This document shows positions 28,827 to 41,582 of a stretch of 64,000 bases of DNA, piece by piece. The translations under genes and the position numbers were made by a program. Position 1 is the first letter of the stretch, and each line of letters begins with the position of its first letter. The notes beneath the pieces were generated by a model. It had not been told where the DNA came from and ran no database searches. It saw only the letters and a program-made list of their open reading frames with translations. The DNA is from Macrostomum lignano. Lineage: Eukaryota. The stretch lies in contig NIVC01000416.1 of assembly GCA_002269645.1 (NCBI GenBank), forward strand, positions 124,001 to 188,000, given 5' to 3'.

Positions 28827-30173
28827 CTAGTCTTCGTCTTCGCCGTCGTCGTCGTTTGCTTCGTCCAGCGCAGGCAGTCCGGGATCGCCGAGAGCCCGCC
28901 TGAGCCGCTGACGGGCCCGCCGCAGCCAAAAGAAGTAGCAGACCCGGCTGAAGCAGCGCTGCGCCGGCTGCTGCTGCCCGGAGCCGGCGTCCTGCTCGCC
29001 GAACACCGCCTCGCTGGTGATGCGGACCATCTTTGCCGCCAGTCGTTGCGCCAGCTGCTGCACCTCCGTCTCAGTGGTGGCTCTCGCCAAGTCTTCCCGC
29101 GCCACAGCGTCGGCCAGACGGTCGGTTTCGTCACGCAATTGTCCGACATCTTGCGGCAGGGCCAGCTCGATGTTCTTGTCAAAGCAGACCAGCACCAGAG
29201 TGAGATTGTCGCGGCTGCCAGCCTCAAGGGCGCACTGCAGCAAGTCGCGAGCGACCGTCTGCACCGAGGAGCGTCGTTTCAGCTGGTGCAGTGCGAACTC
29301 GCACACCTCCTCGGTGGTGAACACGTCCCACAGGCCGTCGCTGGCTAAAGCGGCCAGGCGCTCGTGGCCTTTGACAAAGTACGTGCCGTGGTTGATTGAC
29401 GGCTCAGCCGTGACCAGATTGTGCAGGTCGTCGCCCTTGAAGTCGTAGTCGCCGAACGCCCGAGTGACCATCAGGCCGTGGCCGAGCTTGTCGTGCGGCT
29501 TGCGCAGGCCCCGGTCGCGGTCCATCTCGTAGCGCAGGCCGTCGAACCTCTGGCGTTCGGTTCGGATCTCCACGGTGCTGAGCTCTTTATTAAGGATGTG
29601 CGCCACAGAGTGATCCACGGTGACGCGGTTGTAGTAGTTGCCGTAGTCTATGTACACAACGCCGCGACTGTCGCCGCAGTTAGCCAGCAGGAGGTGCCTT
29701 CGGCAGATGAGCAGCACGACGGCGGTGCTGCCGCACGAGTCGGCCCGGTTGCGTTGGTAGTCGATCTCGCGTCGGATCTTCCGATCGTAGCCTAGGAAAA
29801 GTCGGCGCAGGCAGTCGCGGTAGTCGCAGATGGGACTCTGCTGGGCCAGCAGGCTGGTCAGCTGCTCGTCTTCGATCAAAAAATCAAGGAAGCTGCACTT
29901 CTCCCTGACACAGAAGGTCGAAACCCAGTCGCCGCCGTGGCCATCGTAGACGGCGAAGAACGACGCCTGGCCGTAGACGGGGTGCCCGGTGCGCACGCTG
30001 GCCCGGGCGGTGTACCGGTCCTCCATATGCGGTCTGTAGCCTTGCACAGTGCAAACTCCATAGCTGAGACCGTTGCCAGAGCCGCCGGCGCGCGAAAAGT
30101 TCAGCATGGGCTGCACCAGAAGCTCATTCTGCGACTGGCGCCGCGGCCGGACCAGCTTTGCCGCACCATTCAT
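28827..30173 (-). CDS. Protein phosphatase 2C (PPM1A/B-like), single exon, divergent flap region
   Basis: 448-aa ORF with PPM motifs GNGLSYG..VQGYRPHMED, VYDGHGG, CGSTAV, ANCGDSRG, VTRAFGDYDFK, LASDGLWDV, GSRDNLT; acidic C-terminus. Confidence 0.93.
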   Translation of the reverse strand: MNGAAKLVRPRRQSQNELLVQPMLNFSRAGGSGNGLSYGVCTVQGYRPHMEDRYTARASVRTGHPVYGQASFFAVYDGHGGDWVSTFCVREKCSFLDFLIEDEQLTSLLAQQSPICDYRDCLRRLFLGYDRKIRREIDYQRNRADSCGSTAVVLLICRRHLLLANCGDSRGVVYIDYGNYYNRVTVDHSVAHILNKELSTVEIRTERQRFDGLRYEMDRDRGLRKPHDKLGHGLMVTRAFGDYDFKGDDLHNLVTAEPSINHGTYFVKGHERLAALASDGLWDVFTTEEVCEFALHQLKRRSSVQTVARDLLQCALEAGSRDNLTLVLVCFDKNIELALPQDVGQLRDETDRLADAVAREDLARATTETEVQQLAQRLAAKMVRITSEAVFGEQDAGSGQQQPAQRCFSRVCYFFWLRRARQRLRRALGDPGLPALDEANDDDGEDED

Positions 30174-31129
30174 GCCAGCCGATGTTCGTTCGTGCTTGAC
30201 TAATCTGAGTGCGTCTGCGCCACTGCTGGAAACGCACCGTCCTGTTCTCTTTTTTTGCTAGATTTCAATCTGCTGCTGCTGCTTCCGCCTTCACCGCTTT
30301 GATGGAGAATGTTTCTAATGGCTTCTTATAGAATAGGCAGGATTTGCAGTTGAAGCGTAGGTCTGTACCTACACCTAGTTCTGCGCCTTTTTTCTTTGCT
30401 GCTCAGAGAGGCGAGGAGACGGCAAGAGAACAGGGCTGTACGGTGATGAGGAGGGCTTGAGGGGCGCGGCGGTGGAGCTAACGCCTTGCACCTGGGAGTG
30501 GCACAGTGATTGTGCGCTCACTCGATGGGGGACGGGCGGGAAGAAGACACGAGGAGATGAAAAGCAGAATGGATGGCCCCGGCCTGGGTGCTGGGTTGGC
30601 GAGCGAGTCTCTCGCGGAGCGGAGCACAGAAAACAGTCTGTCAGCTGGCCTAGGAAGCTGGGCTAAGGAGACTCATATATCGCACAATGGCCGACTCGCA
30701 ATGCCAACCTAGAGAGAGAGGTAAACAAAATTTGAGGCAGAGAAAGAAGGCAATGAGCGAGCAAGCATCTGACGTATAGCTGCTTACAATTCTATCGCTC
30801 TATTTCTATTCTCGTCTACTCCGCTCTTCCGAGAATATTTCCCGTTTGACGCTGAAGAGCCGCGGCTGGTTTGAGACGCGGCAGTGTAGAGCAGTGTGGC
30901 AGGCTCTCTTATCTAGCCCTAATGCAGCGTGCAATCGTCATTCCTTCTCTCTTTCTCTCAATCTCTCTGGCTGGAAAAAAGTACGCAAATAGCTGTGGCA
31001 CAATCCGTTTGGATTGCAGGCGAGCGATCTGAGTAGATTGAGTCGGTAGGGCTCTGGAGGAGTGCGGCAGGTGAGGCAGGGTGAGTGGAGAGAAGAGGCA
31101 GAGGCAGCTCACGCGAAATTGCACTGCGG

Positions 31130-31131
<2 letters not shown>

Positions 31132-31198
<67 letters not shown>
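31132..31198. repeat. (GA)n tract between the divergently oriented PP2C and PDZ genes
   Basis: Direct reading. Confidence 0.95.
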
Positions 31199-31201
<3 letters not shown>

Positions 31202-32440
31202 TGTTGGCTGCTGTCTGACAGCGGCCTGCAAAATATAGTTGTGCAGTAAAGTGTCCAGATGTTCTCCCGCTATCGCTGCTTCCAGTTGCCTCGGGTAGGC
31301 GGCTGCCGTAAAATGATGAGTTTAAGTTGAACTTGGCTCTCAGAGTCAGTTCAGTATTTTTGCCACAGTTTCAACCCCCCCCCCACTCCTAGCTTCATTC
31401 GCGACCACACCCACATGCACACAGTTTAAGCAGATGTAGCTCGTACGCTCGTAGATGGTGTCAAGATTGACCTTGGAAAGATGGAAAACGTGTTAAAATT
31501 AGGCCACGGATGCAAATTGCAGAACCGATCGGCATTCGAGTGGTTTTTCATAGCACCGCTGGCAACTCGCTAATGCGTCTGCCTGGATTCTCCAGTCGGT
31601 CACTAACTATCTAGGCTATGGATTAGCTCTTTACTATGAGGGATGTGGATTATCATTCTCTTTCCTCCTGACACGGAGGCTGGGCATTCGTGTGGATTCA
31701 AGAGGCAGGGAGAGTCTTCACCGCCGCAATCACCGAGCGGGGTTAAAGGCGTTCGACTATTCCGCCACCAACAGCTGAAATCGATTTTCAGCGAGGAAGG
31801 AAGTGCCTGTTCAGTCCTCTCTACCCACCTTCAGCGTGCGTCTGAAATTCCTAGACGCTTTTATCCCAGTACTTGGCCTCTTTCTCTTCCTTCACCGTCC
31901 GCTGCTGTTTTGCAAAAAAAGCCATCCGCCGGTTGCTGGCCTGCCCCCATCATCAATTCATTCAGAAACTCCTTCCGATTTGGAACCCCCTTCATCCCTT
32001 CAAATCCCTATTTGGCGCAAGTTTAGTCTCCCCCTCCAATTCGGAGCTTCTCTTGTTTCTTCCCTTAGCTTTCGCCGAGAGAGACCAGCGCTTTTAGCCC
32101 TCCACCGCTGTGTCTCTCCATTCTTCCACGCTTTGGACGTGAAAATACGCAACAGACAGCCACATGCCGGCCCCCGCGACTATTGCGGCTTTGAAATTTA
32201 GTAGATTAGCGTGACACTTTGAGGTGCCCTGTTCGTAAGGTCACTTCTATCAAAGCTCGAATTTTGTATTTTAAAAAACGAATTTTAGACTATAGCTTCG
32301 GAGAAAACGCGAGATCGCAACGATTCAAACAAGCCTATACGTTTCAGTCTTATTTTCTAAATTTAAGCTTCTGCTTTCAGAATTTAGGTCAAGCGAAGTT
32401 TCACCATTTTCTGAAATTAGACCTCATTTTTCTAGCAGGC

Positions 32441-35400
32441 ATGTCCGCTTATCCAGTGAGGCTGTACCGGAACTCCACCTTGACTTCGTGGGGCTTTCGC
32501 TTGCAAGGTGGCGCGGATCTTCACACGCCGATTATCGTGCAGAGGGTGAGCAGCGAGATTTTCACAGGTTGTGACCATAGACACTTGGTACTTTAGGTTA
32601 TCCGACTAAATAAAGTTTATGGGCCATCATCGTAATGCGCTTAAATGTTTACATCAGTTTGTAACATGGATTCTATATACTCCTAGATGGACTGTAGTGT
32701 CTGTGACCCTTACCCCGGGGTAAAGACCATAGACTCTAGCGTCTGTGGCCCTAACCCCCGGGGTAAAGACCATAGATTTTAGCGTCTGTGGCCCTAACCC
32801 CGGGGTAAAAACCATATACTGTAGCGTCTGATACAGTCTGTAGCGGCCCTAACCCCGGGGTAAAGACCATAGACTGTAGCGTCTGTGGCCCTAACCCCGG
32901 AGTAAAGACCATAGACTGTAGAGTCTGTGGCCCAAACCCCGGGATTTTCGGAGACGGCCGCCAAAATACATTAGAGAATACTGGAGTGACATCTACCGGT
33001 AGGTAATATAGAATCCGTGGTTTGCAGAGCCGCGAGTCAGTTAGTTCTGTTAAATCTGGTTAGTCAAGCATGGGAAGTATTACAAAAGATAAGAAATTAT
33101 TTCAGGCTGTTATAAATTATTTTTTAAAAAGATCTGAAACAGGTCTCGGTCAACAGGCAGTCTACAAAACGCTGACGTACATAACCTTGCCGAGGGCAGT
33201 GCAACCATGCCGCCTCATGTACAATTATCGCACTCACACACTCTCAGGTCTTCGCTGGCAGCCCGGCTGAAGGTCAATTACAACGTGGTGACATTCTGAC
33301 GGGCATTGAGAACTACGATGCCACTTGTATGCTGCACAGCGAGGCCCAGGAGTTGGTGCGGAACGGTGCCAATACCATTTCGTTGAATGTTAAACGGTGA
33401 GTTTTACGCTCGGATTTGCACAGCTGGAGTTGTAAATCATCGACTATGTAAATATACCTATAAACCTCTTTGATGAAGCTCTAGAGAGATGCTCTATTAA
33501 AATATAATAATTTATCTTTTTCCCAAAAGAAATAAAAACCGCCCCTTGTTTCTTATCCAGAAAGACCTTTTATTCGCTTGCCAAACGTTGTAGACACCGT
33601 AGAACAAAACTATGACATCTGATCCGAGAAGAATGATGGAACAGGCAGAAATGTATATTTATTCAGGTTACACTCGCAGCTAAATTGCTTTTAGTTGTAT
33701 CTGTTGTACTTGTGCATTACAAAAATGTCCCCCAATAAGATTAATGCATAACTGTTGTAGGAAATTCTACACTGAAGAAGACTTCAGATGCTTTCTGTAG
33801 GCCCTGTAGGAATTCCCATCAATCGTTCTGACCTTTACTGCCTTCGTTATCGTTTTGTAGAAATCGTGCGGTCAACATCGCATCCCCCTGCTGCATATTT
33901 AGCTCCACCAGAAGCTTGCTGCCCTGTGCACTTTCTCTAGTGGACCCAGATTTTACCTGACAATTTATAGGGGCAATGTATGATAGAACGATACCATAAA
34001 TTAATCGTTGCGTCTTAAACTAAGTCATACATGCTTCACCGTCTACTTTATTAAGATTTTGCTATACATACTACTGCTTAGCATTAAATATGCTTTTTGA
34101 ATAAAATTTTAGCATTGAAAGTCTCATTCTTGCTATCAAATTACTCATATTATTTAAATACGTTTCTTGGGATTTCCTGTATCTGTTTAAGGCTGTTTTA
34201 TCATACTGTTGCATATTCCACAGACCTCAAGGCGGTTACGTGCCACGCGGTCAGAGCGTGGGACCGATGGGTCGCCAGCCCAGTTTTGTAGGATCATCCT
34301 ACCAACAGAACCAGTTCCATCACCAGCCCCAGCGCGCGTACCAGCAGCAGCCGCTAGTCAGTCAGCGTCGCCAAGATCAGTACAATGTGTACGTTGGCGG
34401 TGGCGGTAGCACAAGCCAGAGGCACAGAAGCGAGAGCGCCGCCCAATATGACGACTGGCAATATAGAAATCCACAACAGCAACAGCAGAGGAACACATTT
34501 TATGCTGCAGCCAACAGTAACTACTCCGCGAGAGATTCTGTGAGTTCCTCATGGGCCACTTGTCAGTTAATCCCCGGCATGGCCCAGCCAATAGTCTATG
34601 GCTTCTGATTAACTGGTCTGGCTTAGAAATAAATCACTTCATGGACCTACATACACATCTACATACACATACTATAACGTGACGAAACAAGAAGCACTCG
34701 ATAGTTAGCAGATTGTTTCAAACATCGCAAGAATTGTTACACAAAGCTGTCAAGGATACACGGTCCTCATCAGGTAGGTAGGTAGGTAGTAGGTAGTTCA
34801 GATTGGCTTTGCTCATTTCCTTGTAACTCTTTATCACCACAAGCCGAATTAGCAGTCTTCGTGGCCTAGTGCCATGCGGTACATGAGCTCATAGCCTAAT
34901 CGGTCTTTTTACTCGTTGTAGTAGGTGCACTTGCCAGACGCTCTTATTTAATGTCTTCATTTGTGATCATCTGGAGGCGTCACACTCCTTCGTGCTTCTC
35001 TTCGTAGAAGTCGAGCAGCCCGTCAGGAAAAAATCCGACGAATCTCTAGAGGCGCACTACGAGCTATTTTCCATGCCAATTGATTCAATTTGATTCAGTT
35101 AAACAGCCAAGTAAACTTTGTAGTTTTGGACACAGACTAGTAACTTTATAGACCTCACGGCCATAGACCTCACGGCCATAGACCTCACGGCCATAGACCT
35201 CACGGCCATAGACCTCACGGCCATAGACCTCACGGCCATAGACCTCACGGCCATAGACCTCACGGCCATAGACCTCACGGCCATAGACAACTTTCGGGAG
35301 AGTTCCAAGCCTTGCCATGACAAAGATTAACTATGATAAAACCCAAAAACCTTGTCTATGGCCACGAAGTCGGCTGAGGACTCGTTTCTTGGTCGAGTAA

Positions 35401-38400
35401 CAGTCGAAAGTTTTTGAGGGGCGTGGGTTATTATTTTATTAGGTATTCTAGGTATTAGCCACCTATCAAATCATTTGATAGGTATGATTTATGTAACTAA
35501 TAAGCCTGTATTTACCATTGAAAGTAGTTTGTTAAGCGTTAATAAATAATGCCTGTTAAAACAAGCAGTCCTATTCGTAAAAATATGTCTATGCGTTTTC
35601 CTACCCAAGAAACTTTCTAGAAAGAATTTGGAAGTATCTTTGAAAAGTCTAGAAAATCTCCTCCACAAATCCCTGGAAAAGATCTGTTGGCGTGCGAAGA
35701 AACCAAGTAAAAGCATCTCCTCCCCCCCCCCGATCCTTTGCTGCCGACAAACTGGCAGAGTGGCAAGCAATACGTTGATATTAGATGGTCTAGAAATAGA
35801 GGGATAAGAAAACACTGGCATTTTACCCAGCACTGAGGGAAGATTCTACCGAAGCTACCTTCAGGCCAGGTATCCAAACAAACACTTGGCTGACGAAGGT
35901 TGCTTGGCTGTGCAACGGATATAAACCCTAGATATCAAAAATTTGCTTCTCGAATCAGGCAATCAACCAAACAATTCTTGAAAGTAAATATATTATACTA
36001 TAAATTCAGTGCCAGCTCATAGTTGTTAAAACCATTCGTACAGTTGATCAATTCAGGCACACACGAGCGACGTACTTTTAAACAAAAATTCGTCGCTAAA
36101 ATTTGGCTAGTCGGCAGCGTTCCAAAGCTCCGCATTGTCTTGAGAAAATTCCCCACCCGTCCGAGCGGCATTTGCTGCATCGGCCCCTCGGGCTGTGGAA
36201 TTCGCCTCCTCCCGCTCTGGCCCACCGGATTGCCAAACCAATGTCTGACATTTTCGCGAAGCGCGCAGAAGGCCATGCAACGCCAGGGGGGGGGGGGTGC
36301 GCGATGCTTCCATTGGCGATAGGCGTTCCCGTTATACCCGACCGACCGATGCATAGTGCTGCCGCTGGGAAGGGACTTTGTCAACGCGCACCGATAGAGG
36401 GGCAGAGGCGCAGAGGCCTGCTGTGGTTTATGGGAATGCTCGGCGGGATGAAGCCAGGGAAGCAGACTGGACCGACTGCCTCTTCATCTCCTTGGGTTCA
36501 AACCTATTTTGTGAATGTTCACCCTCTCTGCCTCTCGGGGTGCATGATCGGGCGAACATCTCGCACTAAAAGGGCAAGTATATTTCGGTAACTAAACAAC
36601 GCCCTGTTCTAAATTGGCTCTAGCCAATGAATGAAAAGTTAAGGAATTCGCGTTGGTGTCTGGAGGGAATCGATGCCATTCGCCAACCAAATGATTGCGA
36701 TTTCCCCTTTCACTCTCTGTGTGTTTCTCTCTGGGGCACTCACGCTCTGCTCTTCTGGGCTCTCCCGCCGAGGCGACGGGGCTCCAAGTTGGCGGAAACG
36801 GCACCAGCGGACCAGACTGCGCAAAAATCAGCCAGACAGAAAACACAATTATAGAAAAATAAAAATAGATAAAAAATCTTCTACATAAAGAAAGGTGCTG
36901 ACGAAGTGACCGTGATTTTCAAATGCCGTTGAAGCTCTGAAGCCGGGAGAAACTCTTGACTAAAGCTTCTTCGCGCTGTCCCGCTGCCAATGCGCTCCTC
37001 AGTCGGCAGCGCATTTGTCGACGATGACATCTGCGCGCTGAAGTTAACCGACTTCACGGACACCAAGTCGCCATTCGAGTTCCACGTCCACACGGTGTCC
37101 CCTCTGTTCGATGCTTACACCGCCTCGCCATTATTTGGCACCTGTCCCCGCAATCAAGGGAGAGCCGACGCTCCGTTTACTTGCACTTTCCAGATGCATC
37201 ATCACCATCACGGGCATCAGGCTCCGCAGAGGCCAAGCCAGCAGCAGCAGTTTCAGCACCAGCAGCAGCATCCGGGTCCATCCCAGCAATACCAGCTGGA
37301 ATCGCAGCGGTCAATGGACGACGAAGACGTTGATTACAGTTTTTCGAAGCAGAGCGTCGCCGAGCGAATGCGCAGATTTATGCAGCAGGCCAACAGCGGC
37401 CATCAACCGGCAAATACCTATCATTCGGGTGAGCTGTTTACGCTTTGGTTTCTTGAAACTTGAAGTAACCATGCACCGAAGCCTACATTGTATGCCTTAG
37501 TTTCCAGTCGAAATGTCAGTTAACCTTCAGTGCTGCTTAAAATTCAGTGAGTGAAAATTGACAAATAGTTTGGATGTGCATTTCGCAGCCTTGCTAAAGG
37601 TGCAGATTCCTTGGGGAATGAACTGCCTGTGTTCCAAAGGCGTATGCCTCAGCTATATCGATCGTTTTCTGGCAAAACAGGCAGACATAGAGCCGTAGCA
37701 ATTCATTTTCGGCTGTCGTAGAAACTGTGAAGATGTTGGAAAGTGGGGGGGGGTAGATCCAGAGCCAGTGAAGCAAATCATGATTCATCGCACCAAAGGT
37801 TAAAATGTTCTACCTTGCAGGTCCCGGGTGTCTGTTCCATGGCTGTTTTGGCCCTCATGCCGGTTTTCTCCCCACGGATTAAAATTAGTAGTCTGTCCTG
37901 TCCCGTCTTTACATGGTTTTAGAAGTTGTTGGGTGCAAAACTTTTCGAATAGCAAAGCTCCAACGCCTGCAAGAAGTGCTGGCAACATTTTGGAATAAAC
38001 GAATTAACGAAATGCTATGTTGCTAAAGGTAGCTTAAGCTTGGAGATAATACCCAATAGGTAAATTATTCGAGTAAACAAGAATTTGGCAAGAGACAAAT
38101 TCGCGGCAAAAACAGTAATTAAAAAGCACGCATTGGATCGGGGCCAAGAAAAAAGGACAGACGACAAACGAAAATGAATGTTTCGCTTTTGGAAGTATCG
38201 ATTAGAGATGTCAAAAGGAAAACCCCTTTGTTATTTCAACAGATTAGCTATCACTACACCTCCAGTCATCTCAGGAATTTATCAAAAGAGATCCACAATT
38301 TAAAATTCAAAATGATAAACGCATAAAATCTTGTCTCCCAACCATCAATCATGCAGTTCCTCGCTCCGGCTACTCTGCTGCCCCATCAACAGCTAACCGG

Positions 38401-39310
38401 TACCGTCAGAGGCAGCCTTTCATGTCCAGCAGCGGCGCCCACCGCAACCCATTCGGCGACTTTGGCTGGTCGCCGTCGCCAGACAAATTTCACCAAACGG
38501 CCGCCAGGCCGACACCGTCACGGGCTGCATTCGAGCAGTCGTCCTACCTGCCATCGCAGGGAATCGGACGGGTCGATAGTCCAATCAGATCTCGACCTGG
38601 TGGTCGCGTTGGTGGTGGCACCGGTGGGTTGAACCAACGCCACAGCGTTTCCGGATCGTTCAACGGGCCTCGATATTCGAGTATGCTGCAAATCGGCAAC
38701 GGCGGTGGCGCCGGCGACAGCAGCGGAACCCCGGCGGAACCTTTCGCGTACAACAATCGTCAGTACAATACGCCAATTAACATGTATTCGCGTCAGAATG
38801 TGACCAACGCTTTCGAAGGACAAACTGGCATTCAGCTCCGAAATCAGCCTGGGTGAGCTCGCTAAGAATTTCGACTTACTTATAAAATACGACATATGGG
38901 TAACTACTACGAGAACAAGTAAGGTTCGGTTTTTGAGGAAACTTGGCTCATAGGGGCCGTAGGAAACTTATCCATGTCGTTTTTGCGATTGCACTTGAAA
39001 AACTAAAATCGTTGTCTCTACAGTTTTGATAGATCAATGTTTTTTATACGTACATCAGGTGCATGCAATTTTTATAGTGTGCATTATCTAATTAATAACA
39101 TAATTTCAAACGTTTCACAGACGCAGCGCCAATTCTACTCAGGAGCCGGCCTATACCCAGTCGCAGGTGTATAAGCTTGTCCACGAGCAAGATCAGCAGC
39201 AGAGCCATCAGAAACAACCAGCTCGCGTTCAAACTCAGCATCCGCACTCTTGGGCGCATATTAATCGGCAAGAGTCCGAGATGGATGAGCCTGGCGTTTC
39301 TGAGTTCTGA
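32441..39310 (+). CDS. PDZ + ZM-motif protein (Zasp/ALP/Enigma family, no LIM domain)
   Basis: Phase-consistent exons 32441-32545, 33248-33396, 34224-34539, 37194-37428, 38357-38852, 39121-39310. N-terminal PDZ (WGFRLQGG..GSPAEGQLQRGD..HSEAQELV), ZM motif (QYNTPINMYS), SQVYKLVHE, stop TGA at 39308-39310. Confidence 0.88.
32690..32945. repeat. ~42-45-bp degenerate minisatellite
   Basis: tgtagcgtctgtggccctaaccccggggtaaagaccatagac. Confidence 0.85.
35146..35288. repeat. 15-bp minisatellite
   Basis: ggccatagacctcac. Confidence 0.95.
35279..35363. mobile_element. Small MITE-like element with 12-bp TIR GGCCATAGACAA
   Basis: ggccatagacaa at 35279-35290 and ttgtctatggcc at 35352-35363; no TSD identified. 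Confidence 0.4.
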
Positions 39311-41582
39311 TCGCGTCCATGACTAGTGGCAGACGGACAGATATTGTAAATATTGAGCTGTGTTGTGCGTTGAAAGAGATAAAACCACTTCTCAAAAATG
39401 CGTTGAACAGGAAAATCGATTTTACCCTTGAGCAAGTACGGAGCATAAAAATGATGACAAGCACGACGATTTTGTTTTCGAAGTTTCGGGGAATTTTAAT
39501 AATGTGTGCCGATGCGTATCCTGCAACTGCTTATAAATTTTCACAACGTTCTGGCTGCGTTGAGAGCTTGGTACGCGAGAACGAGTTTATTTCAGCGTAT
39601 TTTAGACCCCCATGACTCGCTCATAATTTGCTCATAGTTTCCAGTTTGCGCTAGCCTTTAGGAATGAAAAATGTTCGAATATTTGTACGAACATATCACA
39701 ACTACTGTTCTAGCTTTAGTGCGAGTCAAAGTAGTCTTAACCTAATGCTTTATCGCTATAATCGCCTAATTTTATTGCAAATTTATTCTGCTTAGCCAAC
39801 TAAATCCTGCGTGTCCATGGTGTCACCCGTTGCAAACGTTACCGTGACAAGCATCACTAATTAGAGTCATTGTCAACAACTCACTGATGACTCTTGCGAC
39901 CCTTTCGACTGAGAGGCGACTGTTGAGTCACGAGCGCATCAAGTGAGTTCATCCAAGAGTTTTGTGTTAGCGCTTAACTTTCTACTGTGTAGACTCAAAA
40001 GAGTTGTTCCAATTCATTAAGTGACGCAGATGTGTTTTAGACGCAACTCAGTGACTCTAAAGCGACTCCAGCACGCCCTGGATACAACTCTACTGCCCAG
40101 AGTCATTAGAAAATGGTCCCAGAGTCGAGTCAACGACAATAAAACGCCTCTAATTGACTCTTAGGCGACTCTTTGATGACTTTTTGGCGACTTGAACCGT
40201 GACATCTCGTCGCTTTAGAGTAACTTCATTTCTATTTTACCTTTTTATCTTATAAGACTCTCTGAAACGACTCCGGGACGCTTCTTGGCTTTGGTAACGT
40301 TTTCATTGGGTCTGATATGACAACAAAGTACCCAAGAATATTTACTAGTATAGAAAATTCAGATTAAATGCCATTTGATACAGAGAATAATTTATCGAAT
40401 GCACATTGGAAATCAAAACATTGTTGTTTAGACACCAATTTATATCTTATACCAGTAAATATATTATAAGTGATTCGTCGCTTTACTTCATGTAGCATGA
40501 AACTTTCGAGAAGTGCCTTACCCTTTTTGAATTATCCGATCAAACAAAATGGTAGCAAATTAATTTTTTTGAGTCTTTTAAACAACACTTCTAGAACGCA
40601 TGGCCTCTGTTCGATGCATGTCAAAACCGATCAGAAGGTCCCATTGCACAGCTTAATGTATATTTTCTGTAAAATCGTTTAAACGGCCGATCTACCAGTA
40701 TGACTTGATTCTGAAATTGTGTACAGATGAAGCTTTACCATCGTGACAGCACAGTTGTTACACTCTTAACAGCTCTGCATAAGATTCACAGATTAAATAT
40801 GTAAATGGGCAGGCTAAATAAGTTAAGTTTATTTGACAGTTATTATAAGCAAAACAATATTAATGATTGGGGGTAAGTGGTAAAGTAAGGTCGGACACCA
40901 ACTATCTGGGCATTGGGGCCAGAGTGCAAGTTCAGTCCAGGTTATTTGAATTGGAGCGCTCCATACATAAGAGCTATGCTCGTTTAGTCTGAATAGCATC
41001 GCTTTGACGGGTCAAAGAAAGGGGGCAAGGACTACTCAAATAGACTGGACGGGAAACTACGTTTCTCGGAAAATTTTTATGTAGCAGGTTTTACAGTAGC
41101 TCGTAATCATTACATAGATAGGAGATCTTCATTTTTCAGCACAAAATTGTTATTGCTTTTGATAGGAAGCAGACTGTTCTTATAGCTTTATTGATAGTCA
41201 TACATATAAAGCTGTTCCTCTAGAAAATTAGTGCTGTAGCTATGTTAATTTTCTATCCAACGTACATGTCCTATGTCTAAAAAACATAGAAAATGGCACA
41301 GATCGACTCATTGGTTTGGCTAGAATGTCAATTCCTAATCCCAAATGAAAACCTCGTGTCTCTGTACGGCAATGTATTTTTTCTATAAAATCTGCCTCCT
41401 AAAATTTTCCCAGACACGTACGTAGTTTAGCGTCCTTCTACTTGCGTATTCCTTGCAAAGAGGCAGAAAAAAGTATGTAGTCTTAGAAGCTACTTTGGTT
41501 TGGTTTTTGCCGGTTAAGAGTTGTCGAAAATCGATACAATCAATTTGATTGCAGCAAAGGCAAAAAGCCCTTTTTCACAGAT

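Noticed and set aside
28770-29795. Plus-strand ORFs overlapping PP2C
   Set aside because: Antisense shadows of a GC-rich coding sequence
35480-36850. GC-rich stretch with several short ORFs in a PDZ-gene intron (possible TE fragment or nested gene)
   Set aside because: No recognisable domain or consistent frame
39780-40280. GAGTC/GACTC-rich degenerate segment, possible old MITE
   Set aside because: No clear TIR/TSD or period could be defined by eye
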